A DNA stretch of 28,053 nucleotides from an uncultured Gammaproteobacteria bacterium (GTDB lineage: Bacteria > Pseudomonadota > Gammaproteobacteria > Pseudomonadales > Azotimanducaceae). The notes beneath the pieces are model-generated. The model saw only the letters and a list, made by a program, of their open reading frames with translations, made no database searches and was not told the DNA's origin. Positions within the stretch are counted from its first letter, which is position 1. Each line of letters starts with the position of its first letter. Location: the NCBI GenBank assembly GCA_913043075.1, contig CAJWLI010000001.1:1-28053 (forward strand), written 5' to 3'. Shown piece after piece: positions 17,350 to 27,361 of the stretch. A program made the translations under genes and the position numbers.

Positions 17350-19044
17350 TCAAAGAGCATTTTTTAGATCCAGGCTTTCCCGCAGCTCTCGTTTTAGGAA
17401 TTTTCCATTCGCGTTCCGAGGAAGCGGTGACTCATTAAACCAAATGTATTTAGGAACCTTATGTTTGGCCATGTGTGAGAAGCAGAACTCCCTAATTTCT
17501 GTCACTGTTTTTGTTGACCCTGGAACTATATAGATTACCGCACCGACTTCTTCCCCAAGTCTGTCGTCTGGAACACCAAAAACCGAACATTCTGAAATTT
17601 CTGAAATTTTATGCAAGGTTGTTTCAACCTCTGAGCAATAGATATTTTCTCCTCCTCGAAGAACCATGTCTTTTACCCTGTCGACTATAAATATAAACCC
17701 TTCCTCGTCGCATCTGGCTACATCCCCAGTGTGGAGCCATCCATCGGTAATAGCTTCTCTCGTCGCGTCGGGTCGATTGATATATCCCTTAATAACTGGC
17801 GCGCCCCTGACCCATAGTTCTCCGTCATGGCCGTTTGGCTGTTCCGTTCCATCGGCATTCACAATTTTTGTTTCAAAAACAGGCATGGCAGGACCACAGC
17901 TTTCTGGTTTATCTAAAAAAAATATTCCAGCAATGGACGTAATGATGCCGCAGGTTTCAGTCATCCCATAACCTGTGCTTGGGCGAGCCTCTCCCGAGGA
18001 ATCAATTTTTTCCACAAGATCGGGCTGCAACTGCGCTCCACCTCCACCTAGATTTAACAGCGAAGAGGTGTCGTACTTTTTAAATTCTGGATGACTGAGC
18101 AATTCGCGAGACATAACCGGCACCCCCGACATCGAGGTTATCTTTTCTCGTTCTATCAGCCTGAGTGCTTCACTCGCATCCCAGCGATACATATGAACTA
18201 ATTTCCCTCCTGCAATCGTAGTCATGTGGGCAACACAATTGTTTGCGGTTACGTGAAACATCGGAGTGGTAACCAGAGCGCTTGGAGTGGGAGTGTCTTT
18301 TGGGTTGGGTTCGGGAACCATCTGAGTGCGGCACGTAGCTGACAAACTGAGTTGTCCCGCAAAGGCGAGGTTCATAATATTGTGTACGCATCCCCGGTGA
18401 GTCAGTTGAGCTCCCTTGGGATAACCGGTTGTGCCAGACGTATAAAAAATGCATGCATCATGATCTGGTTCAATATCAACTTCCGGCGAAGCAGCCGAAC
18501 TTTCCTTCACTTCTTGATAGTCTATAACGCTGGGCTGTCCTTTTTCTGTTCTGACTCCTACAACTTTCATTCCTGCAAAGTCGGAGTTAATTTCGAAAAA
18601 TCGCTGAAGACGCTCGCTATCTGCAAAAAGCACTTTCGGCTTCGAGTCTGAGAGCCCATATTCCATTTCATCTGCGACCCACCAAGCATTCATCCCTACT
18701 ACAACGATTCCAGTAGTGACACAGGCCCAGTAGATGAGAATCCACTCAGGATAGTTTCTCATGGCGATGGCTACCCTATCTCCTTTAGAGATGCCTTGAT
18801 TTCTAAGCCAACTAGCAACAGAGGACACTTCTTGGTGAGCTTGGTCGTAGGTCCAGCGCTGATCTTCAAAGACAAGATATTCTGAGGCAGCAAACTCCTT
18901 TGTTGGCTGCCATATGTCTCGAAGGTTGCTAGGCGCCTTGTCATAGATACGCATAGGTGACCCTCTCACTTCGATTTCCTTAACAGAAAAAGGCCCGTCT
19001 TTTTCGGTAAGTTCTTCCCACACTTCCTTGTAGATTTTATACAT
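17350..19044 (-). CDS. Class I adenylate-forming enzyme, long-chain fatty-acid--CoA ligase-like
   Basis: Motifs YTSGTTGYPKG, GYGMTE, LHTGD, DRVKDMVLRGGENIY, PDDRLGE and NGK. Confidence 0.93.
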   Translation of the reverse strand: MYKIYKEVWEELTEKDGPFSVKEIEVRGSPMRIYDKAPSNLRDIWQPTKEFAASEYLVFEDQRWTYDQAHQEVSSVASWLRNQGISKGDRVAIAMRNYPEWILIYWACVTTGIVVVGMNAWWVADEMEYGLSDSKPKVLFADSERLQRFFEINSDFAGMKVVGVRTEKGQPSVIDYQEVKESSAASPEVDIEPDHDACIFYTSGTTGYPKGAQLTHRGCVHNIMNLAFAGQLSLSATCRTQMVPEPNPKDTPTPSALVTTPMFHVTANNCVAHMTTIAGGKLVHMYRWDASEALRLIEREKITSMSGVPVMSRELLSHPEFKKYDTSSLLNLGGGGAQLQPDLVEKIDSSGEARPSTGYGMTETCGIITSIAGIFFLDKPESCGPAMPVFETKIVNADGTEQPNGHDGELWVRGAPVIKGYINRPDATREAITDGWLHTGDVARCDEEGFIFIVDRVKDMVLRGGENIYCSEVETTLHKISEISECSVFGVPDDRLGEEVGAVIYIVPGSTKTVTEIREFCFSHMAKHKVPKYIWFNESPLPRNANGKFLKRELRESLDLKNAL

Positions 19045-19123
19045 TTACTTTAGCGCTTATTTGAGAATTTTGGTTAAGATATGCGTTCTGAGGTTTTGTT
19101 GCAATCAACTGGGAGATTTGCCT

Positions 19124-20307
19124 GTGAAATACCTTTTTGATGGATTAAAAGTCGTTGATTTAGCGAGCTTTTTAGCAGCGCCCGGTGCTGCAACCCTATT
19201 GGGAGATTTCGGCGCAGAAGTAATCAAGATAGAGCCCCCTAGCGGAGACGGTTATCGGCGACTTCATGGTAACTGGAAGTCAGATTACAACTGGCAACTT
19301 ACAAGTCGTAACAAAAGAGGGCTCTCTCTTGATATTCGTTCAAAACAAGGGAAAAAGGTTTTATTTCGTCTGTTAGAAGAGGCCGACATTTTAGTAACAA
19401 ACTTCAGATCCGATCAATTGACAGATTATGATTTAGATTTTGAGACGCTTCACGAATTCAATTCTCGTCTAATTCTGGCTCAAGTAACTGGATATGGAAA
19501 TCTCGGACCCGACTCCAATAAAAAAGGTTTCGATACGACAGCGTGGTTTGCCCAGACAGGGATTATGGAGCTGACAAGGCAGATGAATAATCCCCCGGCT
19601 TTCCCTGCCGGAGGAGTTGGAGATCATTCAACGGCCATGGCCCTTTTTGCCGCAATTCTAATGGCCATGCTGAAACGTGAGCACACGGGGAAAGGATCCT
19701 TTGTCGAAACTTCTCTTGTTGCAAATGGCTGCTGGGCTAACGGGATGGGGCTTCAGGGTGCTATTTCTGGTTTTGATCTGGGATCTTTCTTACAAAAAAA
19801 AACAAGAAGTCCCTTCGCAGATGTTTACGAGACTAGAGATGGTCGCTATATAACCCTAGTGCTGACCGATCCTGAAAGGGAGTGGCCTAGGTTAGCAAAA
19901 GCGCTGGGACAAGAGGATTGGCTTGAAGACGAAAGATTCTCTGAGCTCAAAAATTTATTCAAAAATAAGAGCTTGGCAAAGGAGATGTTTTCAAGAAAGA
20001 TAAAATCAATGCTTTTAAAGGATATCTGTCTTTGTTTGGACGAATATGATTTAACACATGGAGTAGTGGAGGATCTCACTTCAGTTGTCCAAGATGCACA
20101 CCTTATCGAGAATGGGATAATTACGTCTACGGAATCAGAAGATCCAAATTTTAAATGGACTGTGGCTAATCCCATCAAAGTTTCTGGCGAAATGACTCGG
20201 CCTGTTTCAGACCCGCCATACAAAGGTCAACACACTCGCTGCGTCTTAGAGGAGCTTGGCTTCTCCGCCGATGAGATTGATCAGTTATACTCCGACGGTG
20301 TGATTTT

Positions 20308-20311
<4 letters not shown>
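19124..20311 (+). CDS. Class III CoA-transferase (CaiB/BaiF family)
   Basis: Motifs [33 protein letters not shown] and ADILVTNF, plus the putative catalytic Asp in GVGDH. GTG 19124 with SD GGGAG (19111-19115) is preferred over the track's TTG 19061. Confidence 0.92.
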
Positions 20312-21327
<1,016 letters not shown>

Positions 21328-21347
21328 ATAATCAAGCACCCTTAAAA

Positions 21348-21376
21348 CTGATAATTTATCACAATCTTGGTAACCT
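21348..21376 (+). promoter_or_regulatory. Putative promoter of the phosphotransferase gene, overlapped by the palindrome TGATAA-T-TTATCA (21349-21361)
   Basis: CTGATA, a 17-nt spacer, then TAACCT with an extended TG at 21368-21369. On the minus strand the palindrome also contains TGnTAAATT facing the MDR gene. Confidence 0.45.
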
Positions 21377-21404
21377 TTTGGAGTCAACCTCTGAGGAGAG
21401 ATTA

Positions 21405-22430
21405 TTGATTGAAGGCATCAACCATGAGCTAGTTTCCGATTGGCTAAAAAAGGAAATCTCGGAACTTTCAATGCCACTGTCTTTTTCGTTGATAGCAGGA
21501 GGCCATTCCAATCTTACCTTTCATTGCGAGGACAGCTCTGGTCGGTCTCTCGTCCTGCGACGTCCTCCGTTAGGAGAAATTCTCAATTCTGCGCATGATA
21601 TGGTTAGAGAGCACAAGATAATCTCATCTCTTAAGAACACTGCAGTTCCGGTTCCTGAAACGCTTGGGCTTTGCGAAGATGGCTCTATTAATGGTGCAGA
21701 TTTTTATACGATGGACTTCGTTGAGGGCGATGTCTTAAACGACTCGGTTATTTCCTCCTCTCTCTCTGTAGACGACAAACAATCAATAAGCAGAGACGTT
21801 GTGGAAATACTATGTTCTTTGCATGCGATTGATCCAGATGATGTTGGGCTCGGTGACCTCGGTAGGAAGGACAGTTATCTTAGTCGACAAATAAAAAGAT
21901 GGGTCGCTCAGTGGAATGCCTCAAAAACTCACGAAATTCCTGAGATGGAAGAAAGCTGTGAGCTTTTGCTTCAAAACCTTCCAGAACAAATTGGGTCGGC
22001 CATAGTTCATGGCGATTTTAGATTAGGAAATATGATCGTTTCCGGTGGCCACGTCAGAGCTGTCTTGGATTGGGAACTTTGCACTTTGGGGGATCCCTTA
22101 GCTGATTTGGGTTACGTTCTAAACAATTGGCTTACTCTTGAAGAGGTCCCAGAACCAGGAGAGGGAGATCAGGCTCCAACTGCAGCGGGAGGTTTCTTTT
22201 CACGAGAAGAATTTCTTAATGTTTATGCCAATAAAACTGGAAGGGATATTTCTAAGGTTAACTACTATCGGGCATTCTCTCACTGGCGTCTGGCTGCTAT
22301 CGGACAAGGTGTTTATAAGAGATATCTAGTTGGTGCTATGGGAAGTGAACGAGAGTTAGATTTAGAGAAACAAAAGGACAGTGTCTCTCGAAGAGCTGCG
22401 GCAGCATTAGAGCTCTTGTCAACGACTTAA
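21405..22430 (+). CDS. APH-family phosphotransferase, ACAD10/11 N-terminal/LvaA-like
   Basis: Motifs GGHSNLT, LVLRRPP, AHDM.REH, FY.MDFVEG, RQIKRW, HGDFRLGN and AVLDWELCTLGDPLADLG. TTG 21405 has a GAGGAG SD 6 nt upstream; the track gives TTG 21378. Confidence 0.9.
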   Translation: MIEGINHELVSDWLKKEISELSMPLSFSLIAGGHSNLTFHCEDSSGRSLVLRRPPLGEILNSAHDMVREHKIISSLKNTAVPVPETLGLCEDGSINGADFYTMDFVEGDVLNDSVISSSLSVDDKQSISRDVVEILCSLHAIDPDDVGLGDLGRKDSYLSRQIKRWVAQWNASKTHEIPEMEESCELLLQNLPEQIGSAIVHGDFRLGNMIVSGGHVRAVLDWELCTLGDPLADLGYVLNNWLTLEEVPEPGEGDQAPTAAGGFFSREEFLNVYANKTGRDISKVNYYRAFSHWRLAAIGQGVYKRYLVGAMGSERELDLEKQKDSVSRRAAAALELLSTT

Positions 22431-23266
22431 TGTATAACTGTTGGCTGGCGGGCAAAAGATGATAAGCGTTTAATCGCGATAGAGCGTATGTCTTCACTGA
22501 ACTCCTGATCTGTTATTATTTCTTTGTATTTTCTTTCTGCTTTAGGCTGGGCTCCTCGCATCTCGAATACGGCCCCTAATTGCAGTTCGAATTGGCTTTT
22601 TTTTTGCGAGAGAAGGATTTGGTTTTCAATGCAGCGTTGGCATTGTTTCCACTCTTTTTTCCTCCAGAAAATACTTTTCAGATTGTCAATTAATCGAACA
22701 AGAGTTTCTCTTTTTGTCGCCACTCGAAGATGAGTATTGTCGAGTTCCAAACGACCCCCGGAAATCTGTTTTAACAATGTTTTACAATCGTGTGTGTTGA
22801 GTTCTCTGCCAAAAAAAGGGTCGACTAGCGATCCGCCATCTTCTTTATATCGAACAAGAAAATGCCCTGGGAAGCCAATTCCCTCTACAGGGATATCTAA
22901 CCTAGCTCCAATAGACATCTGCAGTATAGCGAGGCTAATCGGGATGCCAACTCGATTATCGATTACTTTGTTTAGGTAACTATTAGCTGGGTCGAAATAA
23001 TTGCTTTTATTTCCAGCAAAACCGGTTTCTTTATAAAAAAAAGAAATCATGGCTTTTGCACCAGTTATTTCAGGTACGGATTGTCTGTAAAGATTAAAGT
23101 CTTCAGCAAGTGAATCGATCCTATTAAGATATTGCTGAATGCCAGCATCTTCTCCGATTTCAATAGCTAGCAGCAGCGCCGCCTCGTCAAGCGGAAGAAA
23201 TCCCTCTTCCATCAAAGCTATTTCAGTCAATCTTTTTTGAGCGAATCGGTTGGGATCACTATTCAT
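22427..23266 (-). CDS. SirB1/YchA family protein (transglutaminase-like core plus TPR-like tail)
   Basis: Motifs GF.GN..NYFDP.NSYLN.V...R.GIPISL, GIGFPGHFLVR, DPF and RL..NLK. Confidence 0.88.
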   Translation of the reverse strand: MNSDPNRFAQKRLTEIALMEEGFLPLDEAALLLAIEIGEDAGIQQYLNRIDSLAEDFNLYRQSVPEITGAKAMISFFYKETGFAGNKSNYFDPANSYLNKVIDNRVGIPISLAILQMSIGARLDIPVEGIGFPGHFLVRYKEDGGSLVDPFFGRELNTHDCKTLLKQISGGRLELDNTHLRVATKRETLVRLIDNLKSIFWRKKEWKQCQRCIENQILLSQKKSQFELQLGAVFEMRGAQPKAERKYKEIITDQEFSEDIRSIAIKRLSSFARQPTVIH

Positions 23267-23319
23267 AAAGCTGTTCTCTAAGGATCGCTAATCATCTTTT
23301 TCCGATCGGATTTACGAAA

Positions 23320-23994
23320 TCACCACTCATCAACATGCATTATTTCTTCAACGTCGGGCCTGTATGCCGGCTTGAAACTTGTTCCTTTTGTGTAGGCTAT
23401 CGGAATAAGGGCTATTTGCATAAATTCATCGTAAGGGATACCTATGAGTTCAGCTATCTCCTTTTCGTGCATCAGGTGCAAAGTAGTCCAAGCAGTCCCT
23501 ATCCCCCTGGCTCTGGCGGCGAGCATGAAACTCCAGGCGGCTGGTATGATAGACCCATAAAGAGCTGATTGTGCTAAAACATTGTTGCTCTCAGCATTGT
23601 CGGTCCTTCCAGCGATGCAAGGAATCATCATCACTGGCACTTTACCCATATTTTCGCCCAAATAATCGGCTGAAGAGGCAGATCTCTCCTGACTGTTCGT
23701 CAAATCTTTGTCGTCAGATTCCGAATGAAGTTTGTGAATAGCCATAGGCATCTCTTTGTAAAGGCTAAACGCTTGGCGATAGAGTTCTCCAATTTTCGCT
23801 CTCTTTTCGGGATCGGTTACAAATACGAATTGCCAGCTTTGAGAGTTTGAACCTGTGGGCGCCTGCACGGCCATCTCCATGCATTCTTTTACAACTTCCA
23901 TCGATAGCGATCGTTCTAAGTCAAGTCGCTTTCTGACTGCCCTAGTAGTGCTCAAAAGCTCATCATTGGAAAGACCTAATTGTGCGTGATTCAT
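23320..23994 (-). CDS. Nitroreductase-family (FMN) protein, Rv3368c-like
   Basis: Motifs DELLSTTRAVRKRLD, QAPTGSNSQ.WQ.VFV, PAAWSFMLA.R.RG.GT.WTTLHL and GIPYDE...ALIPIAYT, matching my recall of M. tuberculosis Rv3368c. The SD TAAGGA overlaps the ACAD stop. Confidence 0.88.
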   Translation of the reverse strand: MNHAQLGLSNDELLSTTRAVRKRLDLERSLSMEVVKECMEMAVQAPTGSNSQSWQFVFVTDPEKRAKIGELYRQAFSLYKEMPMAIHKLHSESDDKDLTNSQERSASSADYLGENMGKVPVMMIPCIAGRTDNAESNNVLAQSALYGSIIPAAWSFMLAARARGIGTAWTTLHLMHEKEIAELIGIPYDEFMQIALIPIAYTKGTSFKPAYRPDVEEIMHVDEW

Positions 23995-24007
23995 TTCTTT
24001 TTCCTTA

Positions 24008-25306
24008 TTACCAAGTTGCTATTTCTCGTTCTATTTGATCGCCATAAAGAGCGATGGCATCTTCTTGCCGACGTGGAAGGCTATATGAAGGGAAAAGGTC
24101 CTGAGAGGGTTCGTAATCTCTCAGGACTTGCCTAGCTACGGTTACTTTGTGTACCTCTGTTGGTCCGTCTGCAAGCCCCATTGCATAGGAGCCGATGAGC
24201 ATGGAGGTAAAGGGCATTTCGTTAGAAATTCCAAGCGAACCGTGAATGTGGAGCGCTCTGGATACTACGTCATGATATACCTTTGGCATCGCAGCCTTGA
24301 TTGCAGCGATATCTTTTCTGACCTTTAAGTAGTCATTATACTGATCTATTCTCCAAGCGGTTCTGAGCACCAATAGTCTAAACTGTTCCATCTCTATCCA
24401 AGAATCCGCTATTTTTTCCTGTACCATCTGTTTGTCTGCCAGTATTTCACCCTTTGTTTGCCTAGATAGCGCTCTCTCGCACATCATGTCGAAAGCTTTC
24501 TTGATTTGACCCAAGGTCCTCATTGCATGATGAATCCGCCCTCCACCTAAGCGGGTTTGGGCAACTGCAAACGCCTGACCTCTGGGTCCAAGCATGTTGC
24601 TTTTTGGAACTCGCACGTCTTCGTATCTAATGTACCCATGGGAACCTTTCCCCGGAGCTTCGGTTCCAACACCTACGTTCCTTAATATGTTTATTCCCGG
24701 AGTTTCAGCTGGAACAATGAATTGACTCATTCTTTGATGAGGAGCGGCTTCTGGGTCGGTTACTACCATAACTATAAGAAAAGAAGCATGTCTTGCGTTT
24801 GAGGAGTACCATTTTTCTCCATTAATTACATAATCATCTCCGTCTTCAACTGCCATACATTTGAACATGGTCGGGTCTGCACCGGCGTGAGGCTCGGTCA
24901 TTGAGAAGCAAGAAACAATTTCTCCATCAAGAAGTGGCTTAAGATATTTCTCTTTATGTTCCTCGGTTCCATAATGAGCTAGGATTTCTGCGTTACCCGA
25001 ATCTGGTGCCTGACATCCAAATACGATGGGGGCAAAGCGCGACGTTCCAAGTATTTCATTTAGTAAAGCTAGTTTGAGTTGGCCATAACCGGGCCCACCC
25101 AGATCAGGACCTAAATGGCAAGCCCAGAGCCCTCTATCTTTAACTTCTTCTTGGAGAGGCCGAACCAACTTAATGAAGTCGGGGTCATTAACCATATAGC
25201 TCTCGTTAAGGACTAAATCGAGAGGCGCAACTTTTTTGTCGACGAATTCGGTTGCCCAATCTAAAACACTTTGAAATTCTGGATCTGTATCAAAACCCCA
25301 ACTCAT
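24008..25306 (-). CDS. Acyl-CoA dehydrogenase, ACAD10/11 (FadE2/LvaC-like) subfamily
   Basis: Motifs CQAPDSGN.EIL..YGT, FSMTEP, INGEKW, AQTRLGGGRIHH.MR and GLADGPTEVH. SD GAGGAG upstream. Confidence 0.92.
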   Translation of the reverse strand: MSWGFDTDPEFQSVLDWATEFVDKKVAPLDLVLNESYMVNDPDFIKLVRPLQEEVKDRGLWACHLGPDLGGPGYGQLKLALLNEILGTSRFAPIVFGCQAPDSGNAEILAHYGTEEHKEKYLKPLLDGEIVSCFSMTEPHAGADPTMFKCMAVEDGDDYVINGEKWYSSNARHASFLIVMVVTDPEAAPHQRMSQFIVPAETPGINILRNVGVGTEAPGKGSHGYIRYEDVRVPKSNMLGPRGQAFAVAQTRLGGGRIHHAMRTLGQIKKAFDMMCERALSRQTKGEILADKQMVQEKIADSWIEMEQFRLLVLRTAWRIDQYNDYLKVRKDIAAIKAAMPKVYHDVVSRALHIHGSLGISNEMPFTSMLIGSYAMGLADGPTEVHKVTVARQVLRDYEPSQDLFPSYSLPRRQEDAIALYGDQIEREIATW

Positions 25307-25336
25307 TCGCTTACTCCTCTAAAAATATTTATTTCC

Positions 25337-26347
25337 CTAATAAGAACTGTCTGTAAAACTATCACGTTTACCAGATATTTTCTTCAGCCGCTCTTTTTTT
25401 TCTCGTTTTCGATTTTTTTGATCTTTTTTGGCTTCCTCGCCTAAATGAATTTCTTTTCGCTGTGCTGCAAGGTTAATTTGTTTTTGTCGTTCCCTAAACC
25501 TCAATCTATCGTGATCTGTCTTAGTCTCTATGCAATGAGGACAACTAATCCCTTTTACGAAATCTTGGCTTAACTTATCTTCTTTGCTTATTGGTGTTCG
25601 GCAGGCATGGCACTGCTCGAATGAGCCCTCTTGAAGATCCTGGTCTACGGTTACTCTATTGTCGAAGACAAAACACTCTCCGTTCCAGAGGGATTTCTCC
25701 GTCGGAACCTCTTCAAGATACTTAAGTATACCTCCCTCCAAATGAAACACGTTTTCAAAACCATTTTCCTTCAAAAAAGAAGTAGACTTTTCGCAACGTA
25801 TACCTCCCGTGCAAAACATTGCTATTTTTTTCTCGCTTTTGTTTTTTAAATAGGTCTTTGCGAATTTCGGAAATTCCCTGAATGTTTTTGTTCCCGGATT
25901 AATCGCGCCCGGGAAGGTTCCAACTTTTATTTCATATTCATTTCGAGTGTCTATTAAAATAACGTTCGGATCCGAGATCATCTCATTCCAGTCTTCAGGC
26001 TTGATATAGGTCCCAGCAGAGGCGAGAGGATCAATGTCAGGCAAACCCATGGTTACGATTTCACGTTTTATTTTTACAGTCCTTCGTAAGAAGGGTTGTT
26101 GACTTGTTACCGATTTTTTCACTGACAGTTTTTTAAAACCCTTTTGTGAAAGGAAGACTAAAAAATCATTAATGCCGGTCTCACGGCCGGAGACCGTACC
26201 ATTGATCCCCTCTCTCGCGATTAAAACAGTTCCTCGAATAGAGTTTTGTTCAAAGATTGCATCTATTTCTTTGCGTAGGCTCTCTAAATTATCCGTTTTT
26301 ATGAACTGGTAGATAGCGCATACGACAAACTTTTCTTCGTCTTCCAA
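25337..26347 (-). CDS. trhO: Oxygen-dependent tRNA uridine(34) hydroxylase TrhO (YceA, rhodanese domain)
   Basis: Motifs GT.LIA.EGINGT, KREIVTMG, IDTRN.YE..VGTF, MFCTGGIRCEK, HLEGGILKYLE, GECFVFDNR and C..C...CPHC. TTG start. Confidence 0.93.
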   Translation of the reverse strand: MEDEEKFVVCAIYQFIKTDNLESLRKEIDAIFEQNSIRGTVLIAREGINGTVSGRETGINDFLVFLSQKGFKKLSVKKSVTSQQPFLRRTVKIKREIVTMGLPDIDPLASAGTYIKPEDWNEMISDPNVILIDTRNEYEIKVGTFPGAINPGTKTFREFPKFAKTYLKNKSEKKIAMFCTGGIRCEKSTSFLKENGFENVFHLEGGILKYLEEVPTEKSLWNGECFVFDNRVTVDQDLQEGSFEQCHACRTPISKEDKLSQDFVKGISCPHCIETKTDHDRLRFRERQKQINLAAQRKEIHLGEEAKKDQKNRKREKKERLKKISGKRDSFTDSSY

Positions 26348-26436
26348 TCGTTTTAACCTTCCTGCTTTTTTTATATCAATCTAGTAGTATATTATCATTC
26401 GATTCGCTGTGAATAACCTTTATTGAGGAGAGAAGT

Positions 26437-27273
26437 ATGGCCATAGATCCTAATGCTGTTGGACAAAGAGGGCAGCCATCTAATAGAAGTTGGAACTCAA
26501 AAGATGCGCTACTCTATGCGGTCGGAATTGGTGCCGGCATTGATGAGCTGCAATATACAACGGAAAATACTAAAGATGTTGTTCAAAAAGTTTTTCCTAC
26601 GTTTGCAGTGATTATAGGAGGCGGCGGCATCCCAATGAAAGAGGTCGGATCTTTTAACCCTGCCCTGATGGTTCACGGAGAACAAGGAATTGAGTTGCTG
26701 GGAGAGATTCCACCTGATGGAGAGATTGAGAGTGTCGGAGAATGTAGCGCGATTTGGGACAAAGGTTCTGCTGCAGTCTTGGAGTTTACTTCTGAATCTC
26801 GTAACGTTAAGACAGGGGAACCGCTTCTGCGAACTAAGACCTCACTTTTTTGTCGCGGTGAAGGAGGTTGGGGAGGCGATCGTGGTCCATCAGACAAACT
26901 AGAATTTCCGGACAGATCTCCAGATAAAAAAATCACATATGCCACCCGAGAAGACCAAGCTCTAACATATCGACTTTCAGGAGATCGTAATCCCCTTCAC
27001 TCTGATCCATCTTTTGCCGCAATGGGCGGGTTTGACAAACCCATCCTTCATGGTTTGTGCACATATGGTATAACGGGAAGAGCTTTGCTCCATGGGTTGT
27101 GTGAAGGTGATGCAGGCCGCTTCCTTTCAATGAACGCGAGATTTTCAAAACCAGTGATTCCTGGCGATTCGCTGACAGTCTCTATGTGGATAGTTGGAAA
27201 AAAAGCTCTTTTTCGCACTGAAAATCAAAACAACGAGATTGTGATTGATCAAGGAGAATTTAGTTTTTCTTGA
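26437..27273 (+). CDS. MaoC/hydratase-2 double-hotdog dehydratase, HtdY (Rv3389c)-like
   Basis: Hydratase-2 motif YRLSGDRNPLHSDP, plus PILHGLCTYG and ARFSKPV.PG. The N-terminal MAIDPN and TREDQAL match my recall of Rv3389c. SD GAGGAG. Confidence 0.92.
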   Translation: MAIDPNAVGQRGQPSNRSWNSKDALLYAVGIGAGIDELQYTTENTKDVVQKVFPTFAVIIGGGGIPMKEVGSFNPALMVHGEQGIELLGEIPPDGEIESVGECSAIWDKGSAAVLEFTSESRNVKTGEPLLRTKTSLFCRGEGGWGGDRGPSDKLEFPDRSPDKKITYATREDQALTYRLSGDRNPLHSDPSFAAMGGFDKPILHGLCTYGITGRALLHGLCEGDAGRFLSMNARFSKPVIPGDSLTVSMWIVGKKALFRTENQNNEIVIDQGEFSFS

Positions 27274-27361
27274 AAAGATTCTTATTAAACAGTGATCTAA
27301 GTTAACTGATGTAGGCTAATAGGCATCTTCTTAGTAACGGTCTAATAAAAGAGTGATTTGT

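Noticed and set aside
23301-23310. Perfect 10-bp palindrome TCCGATCGGA upstream of sirB1
   Set aside because: Single short copy with no loop and no U-tract in the transcribed direction, and it does not match the other motifs. It cannot be distinguished from chance.
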